Virus record (IMG/VR): IMGVR_UViG_3300035659_000002
Length of the DNA stretch: 64,000 nucleotides
Direction: 5' to 3' (one strand)
Origin: a virus
Lineage: Duplodnaviria; Heunggongvirae; Uroviricota; Caudoviricetes
Shown here: positions 28,767 through 37,476 of the stretch, piece after piece
How the letters are laid out: each line of letters opens with the position of its first letter
Numbering within the stretch: the stretch's first letter is position 1
Made by a program: the position numbers and the translations under genes
Notes under the pieces: model-generated
What the model saw: the letters and a program-made list of their open reading frames with translations, nothing else
Database searches by the model: none
What the model was told of the DNA's origin: nothing

Positions 28767-28997
28767 TCATGCCAAACCGTGCTTTATATAATATTCCTTC
28801 AATCCTTTTACTTTTCCTTTGATCGTTTCATCAAGATATCCGCCTTCCCGAAGTTCCTCGATGAACACATCTTTGGCAGATTCAAGGAAACAGCCAGATC
28901 GGATAGCAAAATCGAATCCTTGAACCCATAAAAGTAATAAACGGTATCGGGCCTTCAATTTATCATATCGTGCTTTACTTATCGTGCCTTTTTTCAT
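28767..28997 (-). CDS. hypothetical small protein
   Basis: 76-aa ORF. Confidence 0.3.
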   Translation of the reverse strand: MKKGTISKARYDKLKARYRLLLLWVQGFDFAIRSGCFLESAKDVFIEELREGGYLDETIKGKVKGLKEYYIKHGLA

Positions 28998-29134
28998 AAA
29001 AAATCTCCCATTTTATCCAACACGTCGGGATTTTTCTTCAATATTTTATTAAAATCATTGACTGCTTCTTGTAGCAATTGATTTAATCGGAGTTCATTAA
29101 CCCTGGGATCTTCTTCGATTTTTCGATGCATTAG

Positions 29135-29497
29135 TTAATCATTTCGTGGTTTTTTTTTTTGCAATCGACCGGGAGGATGATTCGGTGGGGCATATATCGT
29201 GTAGAGCTTGAGAAAGTTTTCCCCTGACCTGTTAATCACGTCATGATAATTTCCAGCGGGAACAATGATAGCATCTCCACTTTCCAAGAAATAATTCTTC
29301 TTGTTTATGACAACAAGAGCTTCTCCCTCTTCAACGCGGAAAAATTGGTCAACGTGATCGTGTATTTCCCATCCTATTCCTTCTAGCGGTTTCAAGGACA
29401 TCAAAACGAGCTGAAGATTCCTTCCGGTAAAAATCACCTTCCGGTAATTGATATTGTTGATCGTTTCCTTATCTATGCTGAATTTAATTTTTGGCAT
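29135..29497 (-). CDS. cupin-domain protein
   Basis: GWEIHDHVDQFFRVEEGEALVVI...GDAIIVPAGNYHDVIN cupin motifs. Confidence 0.5.
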   Translation of the reverse strand: MPKIKFSIDKETINNINYRKVIFTGRNLQLVLMSLKPLEGIGWEIHDHVDQFFRVEEGEALVVINKKNYFLESGDAIIVPAGNYHDVINRSGENFLKLYTIYAPPNHPPGRLQKKKPRND

Positions 29498-29503
29498 TGC
29501 TTA

Positions 29504-31195
29504 TTATCCTCCTGAAACATTTGTCGATTTGATGCTTCGGACCTCGCCTTTTTTGACCTTGACACCGGCGGCGAGAAATGGCTTCCAGGGTTTCGATGCA
29601 AGCCCCTTGATGACATATCCCGAGATTTTCCCCGTGCCTAATACAGCTTGAATTGCTTGCGGAGTTAATTCATCACATGAATTGTATTTCGATGCAAGTT
29701 TTCTAGCTGACGTTTTTCCGAGATATGGAACATTCAAAGCGGCAAGAAGCAAATCAAACGGGAGCATCTTTAGATTCTGGAGGAGATTGTAAATTTTCAC
29801 CCCGTTTTTTCCGAACGTGTTAGTCATATATTGCTCGGAAAGCTTGAATAAATCGGCCGCGTGTTTAATTGCACCGGTATCCCACATCGCACGAAGCGTT
29901 GAAGGTCCAAGTCCCTCGATATTCACGGCTTCCACAAAATGTAATGCAGTTTGGAATTTGGTTTCATTACAATTCGGATTGGTACAATATAAGAATTTAT
30001 CACCAATAAATTCAGTTTTCCCTCCACATTCAGGACATTGGGACGGGATCACGGCAGGAAAATTGGTAGTTTTGATTACCTGTTGCACGTTGGGAATAAC
30101 ATCACCTGATCGTTCAATGACCAAACTATCACCTGGAGCAATTTGATTATCAAGCACGAATCGAGCATGAAGAAGATTCGCATGTTCGATATTTGCCCCT
30201 AGAATAGGGATTGGTTCTAAATTAGCGACCGGTGTTATTCGACCTTTTGGACTTATTTGCCATGAAATTGATAAAAGTTTGGTCACGGCCACTTCTGGTT
30301 CAAATTTGAGAGCCATGATCCATCTTGGAAATTTATTATTCACGCCTCGAAGTTTCTGCCGATCAGGATCATTGATTTTGAAAATCAATCCGTCGAGGTC
30401 AAAATCATAGCGGTCCCTTGCCGCCGTGACTTTTTGAAACAGATCAGGGATAGCTCGCGTGTCAATAACACCCTGGTTTGCTGATATGAACCCTAGATCA
30501 CGCACTATTTGTATTGTTTCTATGACCGTGAATTGCTTACCAGGCATGATAAAATCCCATGTCATGAATCGCATCCCTCGTTGTTTTGCTTCTGATGGCA
30601 CTTCACTATTGATCGCACCGGAGGCCACGCAGCGGGGTGATTTTAATTGCTCGAATCCTTTAGCTGCAAGTTCAGCATTAACACGTTCAAATTCACTTTC
30701 CGGTTCATACGCTTCCCCGCGTACCACGCAATTAATTTTTTGAGGCAAAACCTCGGGGATGTCCTTTAAAAAGAAGGCATGTTGTGTTTTATTTTCTCCT
30801 TTTATCCCGTTCCCTCGTGTTGAAGCAGAAATCAATTTTCCCAGGTTGTAAATCAATTCTAATGATAATCCATCAACCTTGAATCCCCACACTATAACAT
30901 CCCCAGCTGCCCATTTAACCACCTCCTCGGCGGTATAAACTTTATCAGCGGATAACATGGGTGGATCATGAATAAGATCGCCGGTGGGAGTTTTTTTTAA
31001 TTGCTTGAGAATTTTGTCCTTTTTGAGTTTATAACCAACCACTTTTAAAACCGGATTTTGAGGATCTAGATTACGCAATTCTGCTTCGAGCTGATCATAT
31101 ACTTCATCCGCAACCAATGGTGTTCCTGTTGTATCATAAGCTATTTTGAATTTTCGCAACAAATTTTCGAGTTCCTTTATGCGTGCTTGGCTCAT
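29504..31195 (-). CDS. ligA: NAD-dependent DNA ligase
   Basis: 563 aa. MLSADKV, KxDG (FKVDGLS), STRGNGIKGEN, CPECGG...CTNPNC zinc finger, and a C-terminal HhH region. Confidence 0.8.
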   Translation of the reverse strand: MSQARIKELENLLRKFKIAYDTTGTPLVADEVYDQLEAELRNLDPQNPVLKVVGYKLKKDKILKQLKKTPTGDLIHDPPMLSADKVYTAEEVVKWAAGDVIVWGFKVDGLSLELIYNLGKLISASTRGNGIKGENKTQHAFFLKDIPEVLPQKINCVVRGEAYEPESEFERVNAELAAKGFEQLKSPRCVASGAINSEVPSEAKQRGMRFMTWDFIMPGKQFTVIETIQIVRDLGFISANQGVIDTRAIPDLFQKVTAARDRYDFDLDGLIFKINDPDRQKLRGVNNKFPRWIMALKFEPEVAVTKLLSISWQISPKGRITPVANLEPIPILGANIEHANLLHARFVLDNQIAPGDSLVIERSGDVIPNVQQVIKTTNFPAVIPSQCPECGGKTEFIGDKFLYCTNPNCNETKFQTALHFVEAVNIEGLGPSTLRAMWDTGAIKHAADLFKLSEQYMTNTFGKNGVKIYNLLQNLKMLPFDLLLAALNVPYLGKTSARKLASKYNSCDELTPQAIQAVLGTGKISGYVIKGLASKPWKPFLAAGVKVKKGEVRSIKSTNVSGG

Positions 31196-31244
31196 GAAAA
31201 ATCACTATGCTTGATATTACCGATTTCCGATATTTATGTTTTTC

Positions 31245-31511
31245 TTAATACTTGCTTCCACAATATCTGCAAAATCTCGAATCTTTTTCGCGTTCAACCC
31301 CGCAAAATTTACATTTCCCCACGATAGGCATTTCTTTGGGGATGTTTGAAGAAATCGTGTAAATAGGTTCTGATTTTTCTAGAGCGTGTTGTTGGATGTC
31401 CAATTTTTTCAATTTATTTTGCTCGTGTTTCCTCTTGTAATGTTGAATGACAAAGACAAGAATAAAAAAAAGAACGGAAATCGCAATGATCCCGTAAATT
31501 ATGAAAACCAC
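31245..31511 (-). CDS. membrane protein with C-terminal zinc ribbon
   Basis: TM helix followed by CKFCGVEREKDSRFCRYCGSKY. Confidence 0.4.
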   Translation of the reverse strand: MVFIIYGIIAISVLFFILVFVIQHYKRKHEQNKLKKLDIQQHALEKSEPIYTISSNIPKEMPIVGKCKFCGVEREKDSRFCRYCGSKY

Positions 31512-32483
31512 TTATCGCACACCTACCAATATCGACAAAAAATCTCCGAGTACCAGGGTCGTTCCCGGCGGTAGATTTTCAAGTGCTTGAATGTACAAGA
31601 ACGCGAGAACATGGGAAGCATTCATTCCTGTTGCAGCCATAAGATCAGCCAAGGTAGTGGATTCCATCGAGCGAGAAATATTCAATGCACTTGCTTGGGC
31701 AAGAGCTTCGATATGTGTCACGTTGGAAGCGGCGTAGGCATCGATCAATGAAATATTGGCTAATGCTTGTGCTTGAACGACACCTATCTGTGCTGCTATC
31801 ACGGCTGCCTGAAGCTCGTATTGAGCTATGACTTGTTTCAATTTCGCCACTTCGACTTGTTCCGTTGCGTTCATGAATGATGCCGGAAGCGTGATCGTCC
31901 GTAGCTGGAATGCCTCGACATCCACGTTAATATCAGTAAGAGAGTTCCATAAATCGGTCCTCATAGCTTCTGATACGTTTTCCCGGTTTTGAAGGAATTG
32001 CGTTGCGCTGTATTTGCTTGCCGTGTTTCTCAATGAGCCTCGTGCGATCTGGAGCAATTTCGAGCTATAACTATTACTATAATTCATATAAATCGCGTAC
32101 AAGCTCTCCATTTTTAACTTGTATTGAAAGCTCGCATCAAACGTGATCGCCAATCCATCTTTTGTTTGAGTAATAACCGGATAGTCATCACCTTCGATAT
32201 CCCCAGGAATAAATTCGACCGTTACCCACGTTGCAGGAAAACGAATATAGTCATAGAATGCTCCAACAAAATGAAGTCCTCCTCCGCGTTTAGGAATCGG
32301 ATCGACATTTCTTGTTATCACATCCACTTTCAAGCCATATTCGTTTTCTCCAAGATTTTCAAAGCTAAACGCTAAAAAACCAATACCAATACCTGCTCCT
32401 ATAATAATTAAAATAAGAGCTACCCCGGCTGCTTCGTCATTATCTGTCATGGTTATTTTCCGACCTTTTTGTATAGTTAACAC
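31512..32483 (-). CDS. SPFH/band-7 (stomatin/prohibitin-like) membrane protein
   Basis: N-terminal TM, SPFH-like core (GLKVDVITRNVDPIPKRGGGLHFV...), C-terminal Ala/Gln-rich coiled-coil. Confidence 0.55.
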   Translation of the reverse strand: MLTIQKGRKITMTDNDEAAGVALILIIIGAGIGIGFLAFSFENLGENEYGLKVDVITRNVDPIPKRGGGLHFVGAFYDYIRFPATWVTVEFIPGDIEGDDYPVITQTKDGLAITFDASFQYKLKMESLYAIYMNYSNSYSSKLLQIARGSLRNTASKYSATQFLQNRENVSEAMRTDLWNSLTDINVDVEAFQLRTITLPASFMNATEQVEVAKLKQVIAQYELQAAVIAAQIGVVQAQALANISLIDAYAASNVTHIEALAQASALNISRSMESTTLADLMAATGMNASHVLAFLYIQALENLPPGTTLVLGDFLSILVGVR

Positions 32484-32520
32484 GATTCAACAACGTGCAA
32501 TAGAAAAACCGAATTTAACC

Positions 32521-32541
32521 ATTTAAACAATTTTGTTAAAA
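32521..32541 (-). promoter_or_regulatory. conserved promoter-like motif (minus orientation TTTTAACAAAATTGTTTAAAT)
   Basis: Sits between the tRNA cluster and the SPFH start. Confidence 0.4.
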
Positions 32542-32554
32542 AGATGAAAAATGA

Positions 32555-32642
32555 CGCGACGGGGCGGGATTGAACCGCCGTCGGTTTTTAAGCCTTACTC
32601 GGTTAGCAACCGAGCGCATTAACCTAACTATGCTACCGTCGC
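32555..32642 (-). tRNA. tRNA-Ser (anticodon GCU), class II
   Basis: Hand-folded. Acceptor GCGACGG/CCGTCGC; D-arm GCAT/ATGC; anticodon arm CTCGG-TTGCTAA-CCGAG; 18-nt variable arm; GGCGG-TTCAATC-CCGCC T-arm. No encoded CCA. Confidence 0.7.
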
Positions 32643-32647
32643 AATAA

Positions 32648-32796
32648 TGGCGTGCGAGAGGGGATTTGAACCCCCGACGGCTTTCGCCGCTACCGGCTTT
32701 CCGAGCCGGGTCACTTGGTGAACACCGGATTCAAGGCCGGGTCATTTGATGACCGGCATTCGAGGCCGGGTCATTACCAGGCTATGTAACTCGCAC
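32648..32796 (-). tRNA. Atypical 146-nt tRNA-Ser-like gene with three tandem anticodon stem-loops (CGA, UGA, GGA) and an encoded CCA
   Basis: Acceptor GTGCGAG/CTCGCAC, D-arm, then CCGGC-CTCGAAT-GCCGG, CCGG-CCTTGAAT-CCGG and CCGGC-TCGGAAA-GCCGG. These are followed by a CGGC-GAAA-GCCG variable arm, a GGGGG-TTCAAAT-CCCCT T-arm, G, and CCA. Confidence 0.55.
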
Positions 32797-32805
32797 GTTT
32801 CTTGA

Positions 32806-32884
32806 TGGCCGTGACGGGAATCGAACCCGCACTACGCTTGGATGGCTTTTAAGGCCATTGTCTTTTCCAATCGACCACGCGGCC
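32806..32884 (-). tRNA. tRNA-Leu (anticodon UAA)
   Basis: Anticodon arm ATGGC-CTTAAAA-GCCAT, T-arm GCGGG-TTCGATT-CCCGT, 11-nt variable region. Confidence 0.65.
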
Positions 32885-32892
32885 TTTTGATA

Positions 32893-32971
32893 TGGGCGAG
32901 GAGAGAATCGAACTCTCAATACGCTAGGACGGTTTTTGAAACCGTTGCCGTTCCCACTTGGCTACACGCCC
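32893..32971 (-). tRNA. tRNA-Leu (anticodon CAA)
   Basis: Anticodon arm ACGGT-TTCAAAA-ACCGT, T-arm GAGAG-TTCGATT-CTCTC. Confidence 0.65.
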
Positions 32972-32980
32972 GTTATTTCA

Positions 32981-33059
32981 TGGGAACGGAGGGAATCGAA
33001 CCCCCATTACGCTCTGCCGGTTCCTTGGACCGGTGCCTTTTCCAATCGGCTACGCTCCC
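32981..33059 (-). tRNA. tRNA-Leu (anticodon AAG; unusual C33)
   Basis: Anticodon arm CCGGT-CCAAGGA-ACCGG, T-arm GGGGG-TTCGATT-CCCTC, acceptor GGGAGCG/CGTTCCC. Confidence 0.55.
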
Positions 33060-33195
33060 CTCGATTGCGTGGCAAGAAAAAATTAGCGATGACTTCGATG
33101 ATTAGCCCTTCGCTACGCTCGATTGAGCGAGGATAGTGATAGCGATAACAAGATGCTAATCGTGAATGCCATGAAAAAAATAAGGTGATGGTTCT

Positions 33196-33336
33196 ATTTC
33201 AATTTCTCTTTTAATCGTTCAAGAACTTTTTTCTCGAACTCGCCAACCAGATCCCTGAACCACCTATTATCAAAATCGCTAGAAACCGTTATTTCACCAT
33301 TATTTAATATAAGGACGCTAATCACTTTTTTGGCCA
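33196..33336 (-). CDS. small protein (46 aa), paralog of 33379..33543
   Basis: Manual ORF MAKKVISVLILNNGEITVSSDFDNRWFRDLVGEFEKKVLERLKEKLK. Confidence 0.3.
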
Positions 33337-33378
33337 TTTTTATTCATCTTTTCGTTGAATACACGCTTTATCTCGGAT

Positions 33379-33543
33379 TCAAAAACTTTTTTGGTTATGT
33401 ATATTCATTTTTTCGTTGAACACGTACTTTATCTCGGATTCAAAATCATCTGAAATTGCACTAAACCATCCTACATTAAAATCGCTTGAATATTTCGACG
33501 TTCCATCGTCTCGAATCGTGATTTGATAAATTATCTTTGCCAT
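33379..33543 (-). CDS. small protein (54 aa)
   Basis: Manual ORF MAKIIYQITIRDDGTSKYSSDFNVGWFSAISDDFESEIKYVFNEKMNIHNQKSF. A 45-bp stretch of its 3' end is repeated in the intergenic DNA downstream. Confidence 0.3.
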   Translation of the reverse strand: MAKIIYQITIRDDGTSKYSSDFNVGWFSAISDDFESEIKYVFNEKMNIHNQKSF

Positions 33544-33545
33544 GA

Positions 33546-35525
33546 TTATTCCTTGCGGAGGATTTTCAAGAATGATTCCTTGTCGATATTCTCCGGTGAA
33601 AGGTCCACGTCACATTCACCACGGTTCTTTTTCTCCGTGATGATGGTTGCCCCTGCCATCCGCAAGAGGTCATTTAACGTTATTGGATTCGAGTAGAATG
33701 ACACAAGATATTCCAGGGCGTGCATCGAGTTTTTATCCATTGATATTGACCGTGCATTCCCGAGCTGCGTTTCCGAGAAGTAAAAACGGGTACTTCCGTT
33801 CTTGATGATAAGCAGTCCCATGATCTTTTGTTTCCTATCCATCTTGGTCTTGCTTTTACAGATAATCTTGTTGGGGTTTATCATGTAATTACTTGGAAGG
33901 GTTTTCAAGGTTTCTTTTCCGACGAAGATGGTGAACGGGACAGGCACATCCTTATCGTGATTGAAATAATTAACGGATAAAATATAATTGCCATCGGCTT
34001 GATTCTTTACATAGAACATTTCGGAAGCCCCGTTGCTTGCATCGGTAACATCCCCGGAGAAAAGGATATTCTGCCCACTCGACCTATATTGCCCGTCCCA
34101 CCCGATCTTGGCATCAACGCTAGTCAGGGCAAGGTCAAGATCGATCCGATGGTCCCCGACATTTTCCCAATATATCCCGGCTATCAAGTCATTCTTGACC
34201 TCGACAAATGAACCTGACGGAATATTCCCGGTGAATTGCTTTTCGCTTGATGGCAAGGCATACACGATATTCTCCGGGATGTAGATTTTTTTCCCGTTCA
34301 TCTGTTTTAAATCATCCACGATGGACCCGATCACCACATCTAATGCCGGTTTTACCAGATCCGGGACAGGAAACTTAAACTCCGTCGAAAAAGCGGTGCC
34401 GTTCCGTATCTTGTACATAATCGACGTGGGGTTTTCCGATCTGAATTTCAAGGCATAAGCAAGCCTCGCTTTTCTAAACACGTTAGCATTTGCCAATCGA
34501 GTCTCTAATTCCCATTTTGATATTTCTCCTTTTTTACTAATTTTAGCGGTCACGGAGTTCAAATAATCCTCGGGCATAGCTTCGTGATATTTCTTTGATA
34601 GCTTGCTTATCACGTTCACGTAATTTTTTAATTTGGTATTGGTCTTGAAGGCCAAGAATAATGGTTTGAATCGGTTAAAGACGGCAGATAGCTTCTTGAA
34701 TCCATACATGTCATCATATTTCTTGAATATCTTGGCAAGCTGCAGGTTATTATTCACCTTTATCGAGGTGATCAGCTCCTCATTCTTGATGAGCAAGGTC
34801 GTGTTGGTTGCCTTGTAGACGATGAATCGCAAGAACTCGACGGGATCTTCCGGTATTTTATCAAGGTGATCATAGAGCATTACCCTCGCTTCCTTGTTTT
34901 TGATCTTGGAAATATGTGATTCTTGTATGTCCAAGAAAATAGCAAGGTCAACAACATCCTTGATAGTGGTTTCATTTAATGCTATCCCGGACGAGAGAAG
35001 TATCATCAATTTATCCATCATTTCTGCCCTGGTATATCCTTTTATCACCGATAACGGGATATCGCATTCCAACCCAGGCACGCTCAATTCTTCCTTTGGA
35101 ATGTAGATCGAGTCCTTGTTGAAAATGCCAAGTCGCTCAAAGCCATAAGTAGTGATATAATGTACTATTTGCTCTAAAACGAGCTGGCAGATGCTCGATT
35201 GGGCAATTTTCTCCCATGATTTATGAAACGAGCTGTTCATTTGAGAACCTGATAACCCGATCTCTTCCTTCACGATGGAGATAATGTTCTTGATCTCCGC
35301 GTTGTCATGGCTGGCGATGACTTCCGGGGCAAGGAAAAAACCATGTTGTATGGTTTCATTAAAAAAAGCATTTTTATCAAGCCCATTCGCAGGGTTGATA
35401 GCATCTTTAATTATAACGGCCTTGAATAAGCGTATTGCTGACCTCATGATTAAATCACTAGGCGGGGAGTAAAATCTGCAAAGGATGTGAGAGGAACTCC
35501 CTATGCCTCGAATAATATTGATCAT
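33546..35525 (-). CDS. large hypothetical protein (659 aa)
   Basis: Long ORF without recognisable motifs. Confidence 0.5.
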   Translation of the reverse strand: MINIIRGIGSSSHILCRFYSPPSDLIMRSAIRLFKAVIIKDAINPANGLDKNAFFNETIQHGFFLAPEVIASHDNAEIKNIISIVKEEIGLSGSQMNSSFHKSWEKIAQSSICQLVLEQIVHYITTYGFERLGIFNKDSIYIPKEELSVPGLECDIPLSVIKGYTRAEMMDKLMILLSSGIALNETTIKDVVDLAIFLDIQESHISKIKNKEARVMLYDHLDKIPEDPVEFLRFIVYKATNTTLLIKNEELITSIKVNNNLQLAKIFKKYDDMYGFKKLSAVFNRFKPLFLAFKTNTKLKNYVNVISKLSKKYHEAMPEDYLNSVTAKISKKGEISKWELETRLANANVFRKARLAYALKFRSENPTSIMYKIRNGTAFSTEFKFPVPDLVKPALDVVIGSIVDDLKQMNGKKIYIPENIVYALPSSEKQFTGNIPSGSFVEVKNDLIAGIYWENVGDHRIDLDLALTSVDAKIGWDGQYRSSGQNILFSGDVTDASNGASEMFYVKNQADGNYILSVNYFNHDKDVPVPFTIFVGKETLKTLPSNYMINPNKIICKSKTKMDRKQKIMGLLIIKNGSTRFYFSETQLGNARSISMDKNSMHALEYLVSFYSNPITLNDLLRMAGATIITEKKNRGECDVDLSPENIDKESFLKILRKE

Positions 35526-35555
35526 TCAATGATATATAAACCATGTTGTTAAACA

Positions 35556-35891
35556 TCAAAAAAGGGTTTTTTGTCCTGTTTTTTGTTGATGCATTCGTGT
35601 TTTACTCGATTGTTTCATTTCGAGAAGGCATCGTTTCTTGTATTCCTGGTAGGTTGTTTTCCAATCCGGTTTCTCGATAAACTTATCACATGGTTTCTCA
35701 TACTTGATCACGCATCTCCCGGTGATTTTACACGTTTGAAAACCATCAGAGCTTCCCCACCCGTGATCGTCGCCATTGATACAATCACCACATGCCGGGC
35801 GACCAACCCCCTTGTAGTCGCCATCTGGATCATTTTCACACATATCTTCCCAATCTAATATCCAACCGTAAGCTTTCGTCCATCGTGGCAT
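35556..35891 (-). CDS. Cys-rich small protein
   Basis: 111 aa with many Cys/His/Trp (CGDCINGDDHGWG...CKITGRC). Promoter-like motif at 35914-35936. Confidence 0.4.
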   Translation of the reverse strand: MPRWTKAYGWILDWEDMCENDPDGDYKGVGRPACGDCINGDDHGWGSSDGFQTCKITGRCVIKYEKPCDKFIEKPDWKTTYQEYKKRCLLEMKQSSKTRMHQQKTGQKTLF

Positions 35892-35956
35892 ACCTGAACG
35901 GGGAAAAAGGAAAATATATAGTATTTTGTTAAAAAGAAAAAAGAAAAATAGCGTAT

Positions 35957-36247
35957 TTAACTCGACTTCTTTTCATCCAACAGCGCAAATAACACTTGTG
36001 GTCTACCGCGTGAACGTTCCGTGGCAAAGACGGGGTATTTCTTGACCTCGTTTCGTCTGATCAGCGTTTTCAACCCGTCATAGATCGTGGTACGGGGCAT
36101 GTCCAATTTTTGACAAAGCTGATTACGGGTTAATGGACCTTCCTTCAAAACCCCTAACAATTTGTCCTCAATTGGCTTTATCGACGTTAATTTCAAGTCA
36201 TCCTTTTCGGATGACAAATTAAAAGAGCTGACTTCTACACCTGCCAT
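35957..36247 (-). CDS. winged-helix transcriptional regulator
   Basis: LTRNQLCQKLDMPRTTIYDGLKTLIRRNEVKKY HTH plus wing pattern. Confidence 0.5.
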   Translation of the reverse strand: MAGVEVSSFNLSSEKDDLKLTSIKPIEDKLLGVLKEGPLTRNQLCQKLDMPRTTIYDGLKTLIRRNEVKKYPVFATERSRGRPQVLFALLDEKKSS

Positions 36248-36301
36248 GAAAAAAACCGACCGGGGTTATTGATCCCCTTCAATGATTCAGTTATTGATCA
36301 T

Positions 36302-37075
36302 TTAAGCATTTGCGTTAATATTTCCGGCATGTTTTTGTATGCAATGCTCGTATGCCTTTGCCTTGGACTTGAATAGGATTCGACACTGAATGCAAAACAT
36401 CGTGTAAGACGGGTTTGCAGCAATAAAATCCTTCCATTTTCCCTCGACACGATGACTAATCTCGAATTTATTAATGGGTTTGATCATGCTGCTTACTATC
36501 GCCTCACCATCCCTGATCCGTTCATCCGGTGTTTTTAATGGAGGGATTATCTCAAACACGAGTTTGGGCTGCCACGTGGGTTCAATTGGTTTCGGGATTA
36601 ATGGAACAACATGCTTGCCCATTTGCTTGTATTTCTCCCACCAAGCACGACATTCTTCCGAGCAAAATATATTTTTCTTGTTTTTCGGAAGAATGAATTT
36701 TCCACATGCCTTGCATGGTTTTTGTCGTGTTGCTTCCTTGTGTCGAAATGATCTGCGTGTTATAGCACATTCTATTGAGCAATATTTCGAGAATCTATGT
36801 CCTCCTTTAAATCGTAAGCCTGGTTGTCGCCTGGAGATAAATTCTTTACCACATACCCAACAAATAACAATTTTTTTTTGGAGCTTATATTTTGGCCGAT
36901 TGCTTTGATGCACTCGCATGTGAATATTGACACCTTGCTTGTTATGACAATGCAAGCCGCATTTCGGGCAATTTGAATCATGAGTTCGTTTATGGTTTTT
37001 CAATCCCCGAGTACCGGAGCAGATTCTACCACATGATTCACATTTTAATGGTTCTTTTGGTGAGCTGTTGCTCAT
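36302..37075 (-). CDS. multi-finger C2H2 zinc-finger protein
   Basis: CESCGRICSGTRGLKNHKRTH, CPKCGLHCHNKQGVNIHMRVH, CIQCRILFKSKAKAYEHCIQKH (C-x2-C-x12-H-x3-4-H), plus further CxxC pairs. Confidence 0.6.
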   Translation of the reverse strand: MSNSSPKEPLKCESCGRICSGTRGLKNHKRTHDSNCPKCGLHCHNKQGVNIHMRVHQSNRPKYKLQKKIVICWVCGKEFISRRQPGLRFKGGHRFSKYCSIECAITRRSFRHKEATRQKPCKACGKFILPKNKKNIFCSEECRAWWEKYKQMGKHVVPLIPKPIEPTWQPKLVFEIIPPLKTPDERIRDGEAIVSSMIKPINKFEISHRVEGKWKDFIAANPSYTMFCIQCRILFKSKAKAYEHCIQKHAGNINANA

Positions 37076-37272
37076 AATTTCACTTTTTCTTTGTGGGTTT
37101 TCTCTTGAAAAAAGTACATTTTTAGCAAGGATAACTTTCAGGCCAAGGCCAAGTGATTATGAGCTGATTTTTTCGTTTCTTGCACTTTGGACGTTGATTA
37201 TTCATGTATCCGTATTTACAAATTCGCCATTTGTAGGGCATTTTCTCACTTTTTGAAAATCTCAATATTTTC

Positions 37273-37476
37273 TTATGTTATTTTATTTGATCGTTCATTG
37301 CGTTTTCTAATACGTTCCATTTCATCATGAAAATCGAACTCCACTGCCCATTGTAAAAAATGCTGATTGCAAAAATATCGTTCAAATAACATGTGCTCGG
37401 CAGGTTTGTCACATCGTTCGCATTTTTCATTCATGATTAACTCGCCACTTGCATGTGTTTTCTTACTTTTTGGCAA
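37273..37476 (-). CDS. small zinc-binding protein
   Basis: CERCDKPAEHMLFERYFCNQHF. Confidence 0.3.
   Translation of the reverse strand: MPKSKKTHASGELIMNEKCERCDKPAEHMLFERYFCNQHFLQWAVEFDFHDEMERIRKRNERSNKIT

Noticed and set aside
32806-32884. Group I intron in tRNA-Leu(UAA), as in cyanobacteria and plastids
   Set aside because: The gene is a compact 79 nt with a continuous anticodon loop, leaving no room for an intron.
32842-33136. Plus-strand ORFs 32842..33105 and 32936..33136
   Set aside because: They lie entirely inside the minus-strand tRNA cluster. They are translations of the tRNA complement, not genes.
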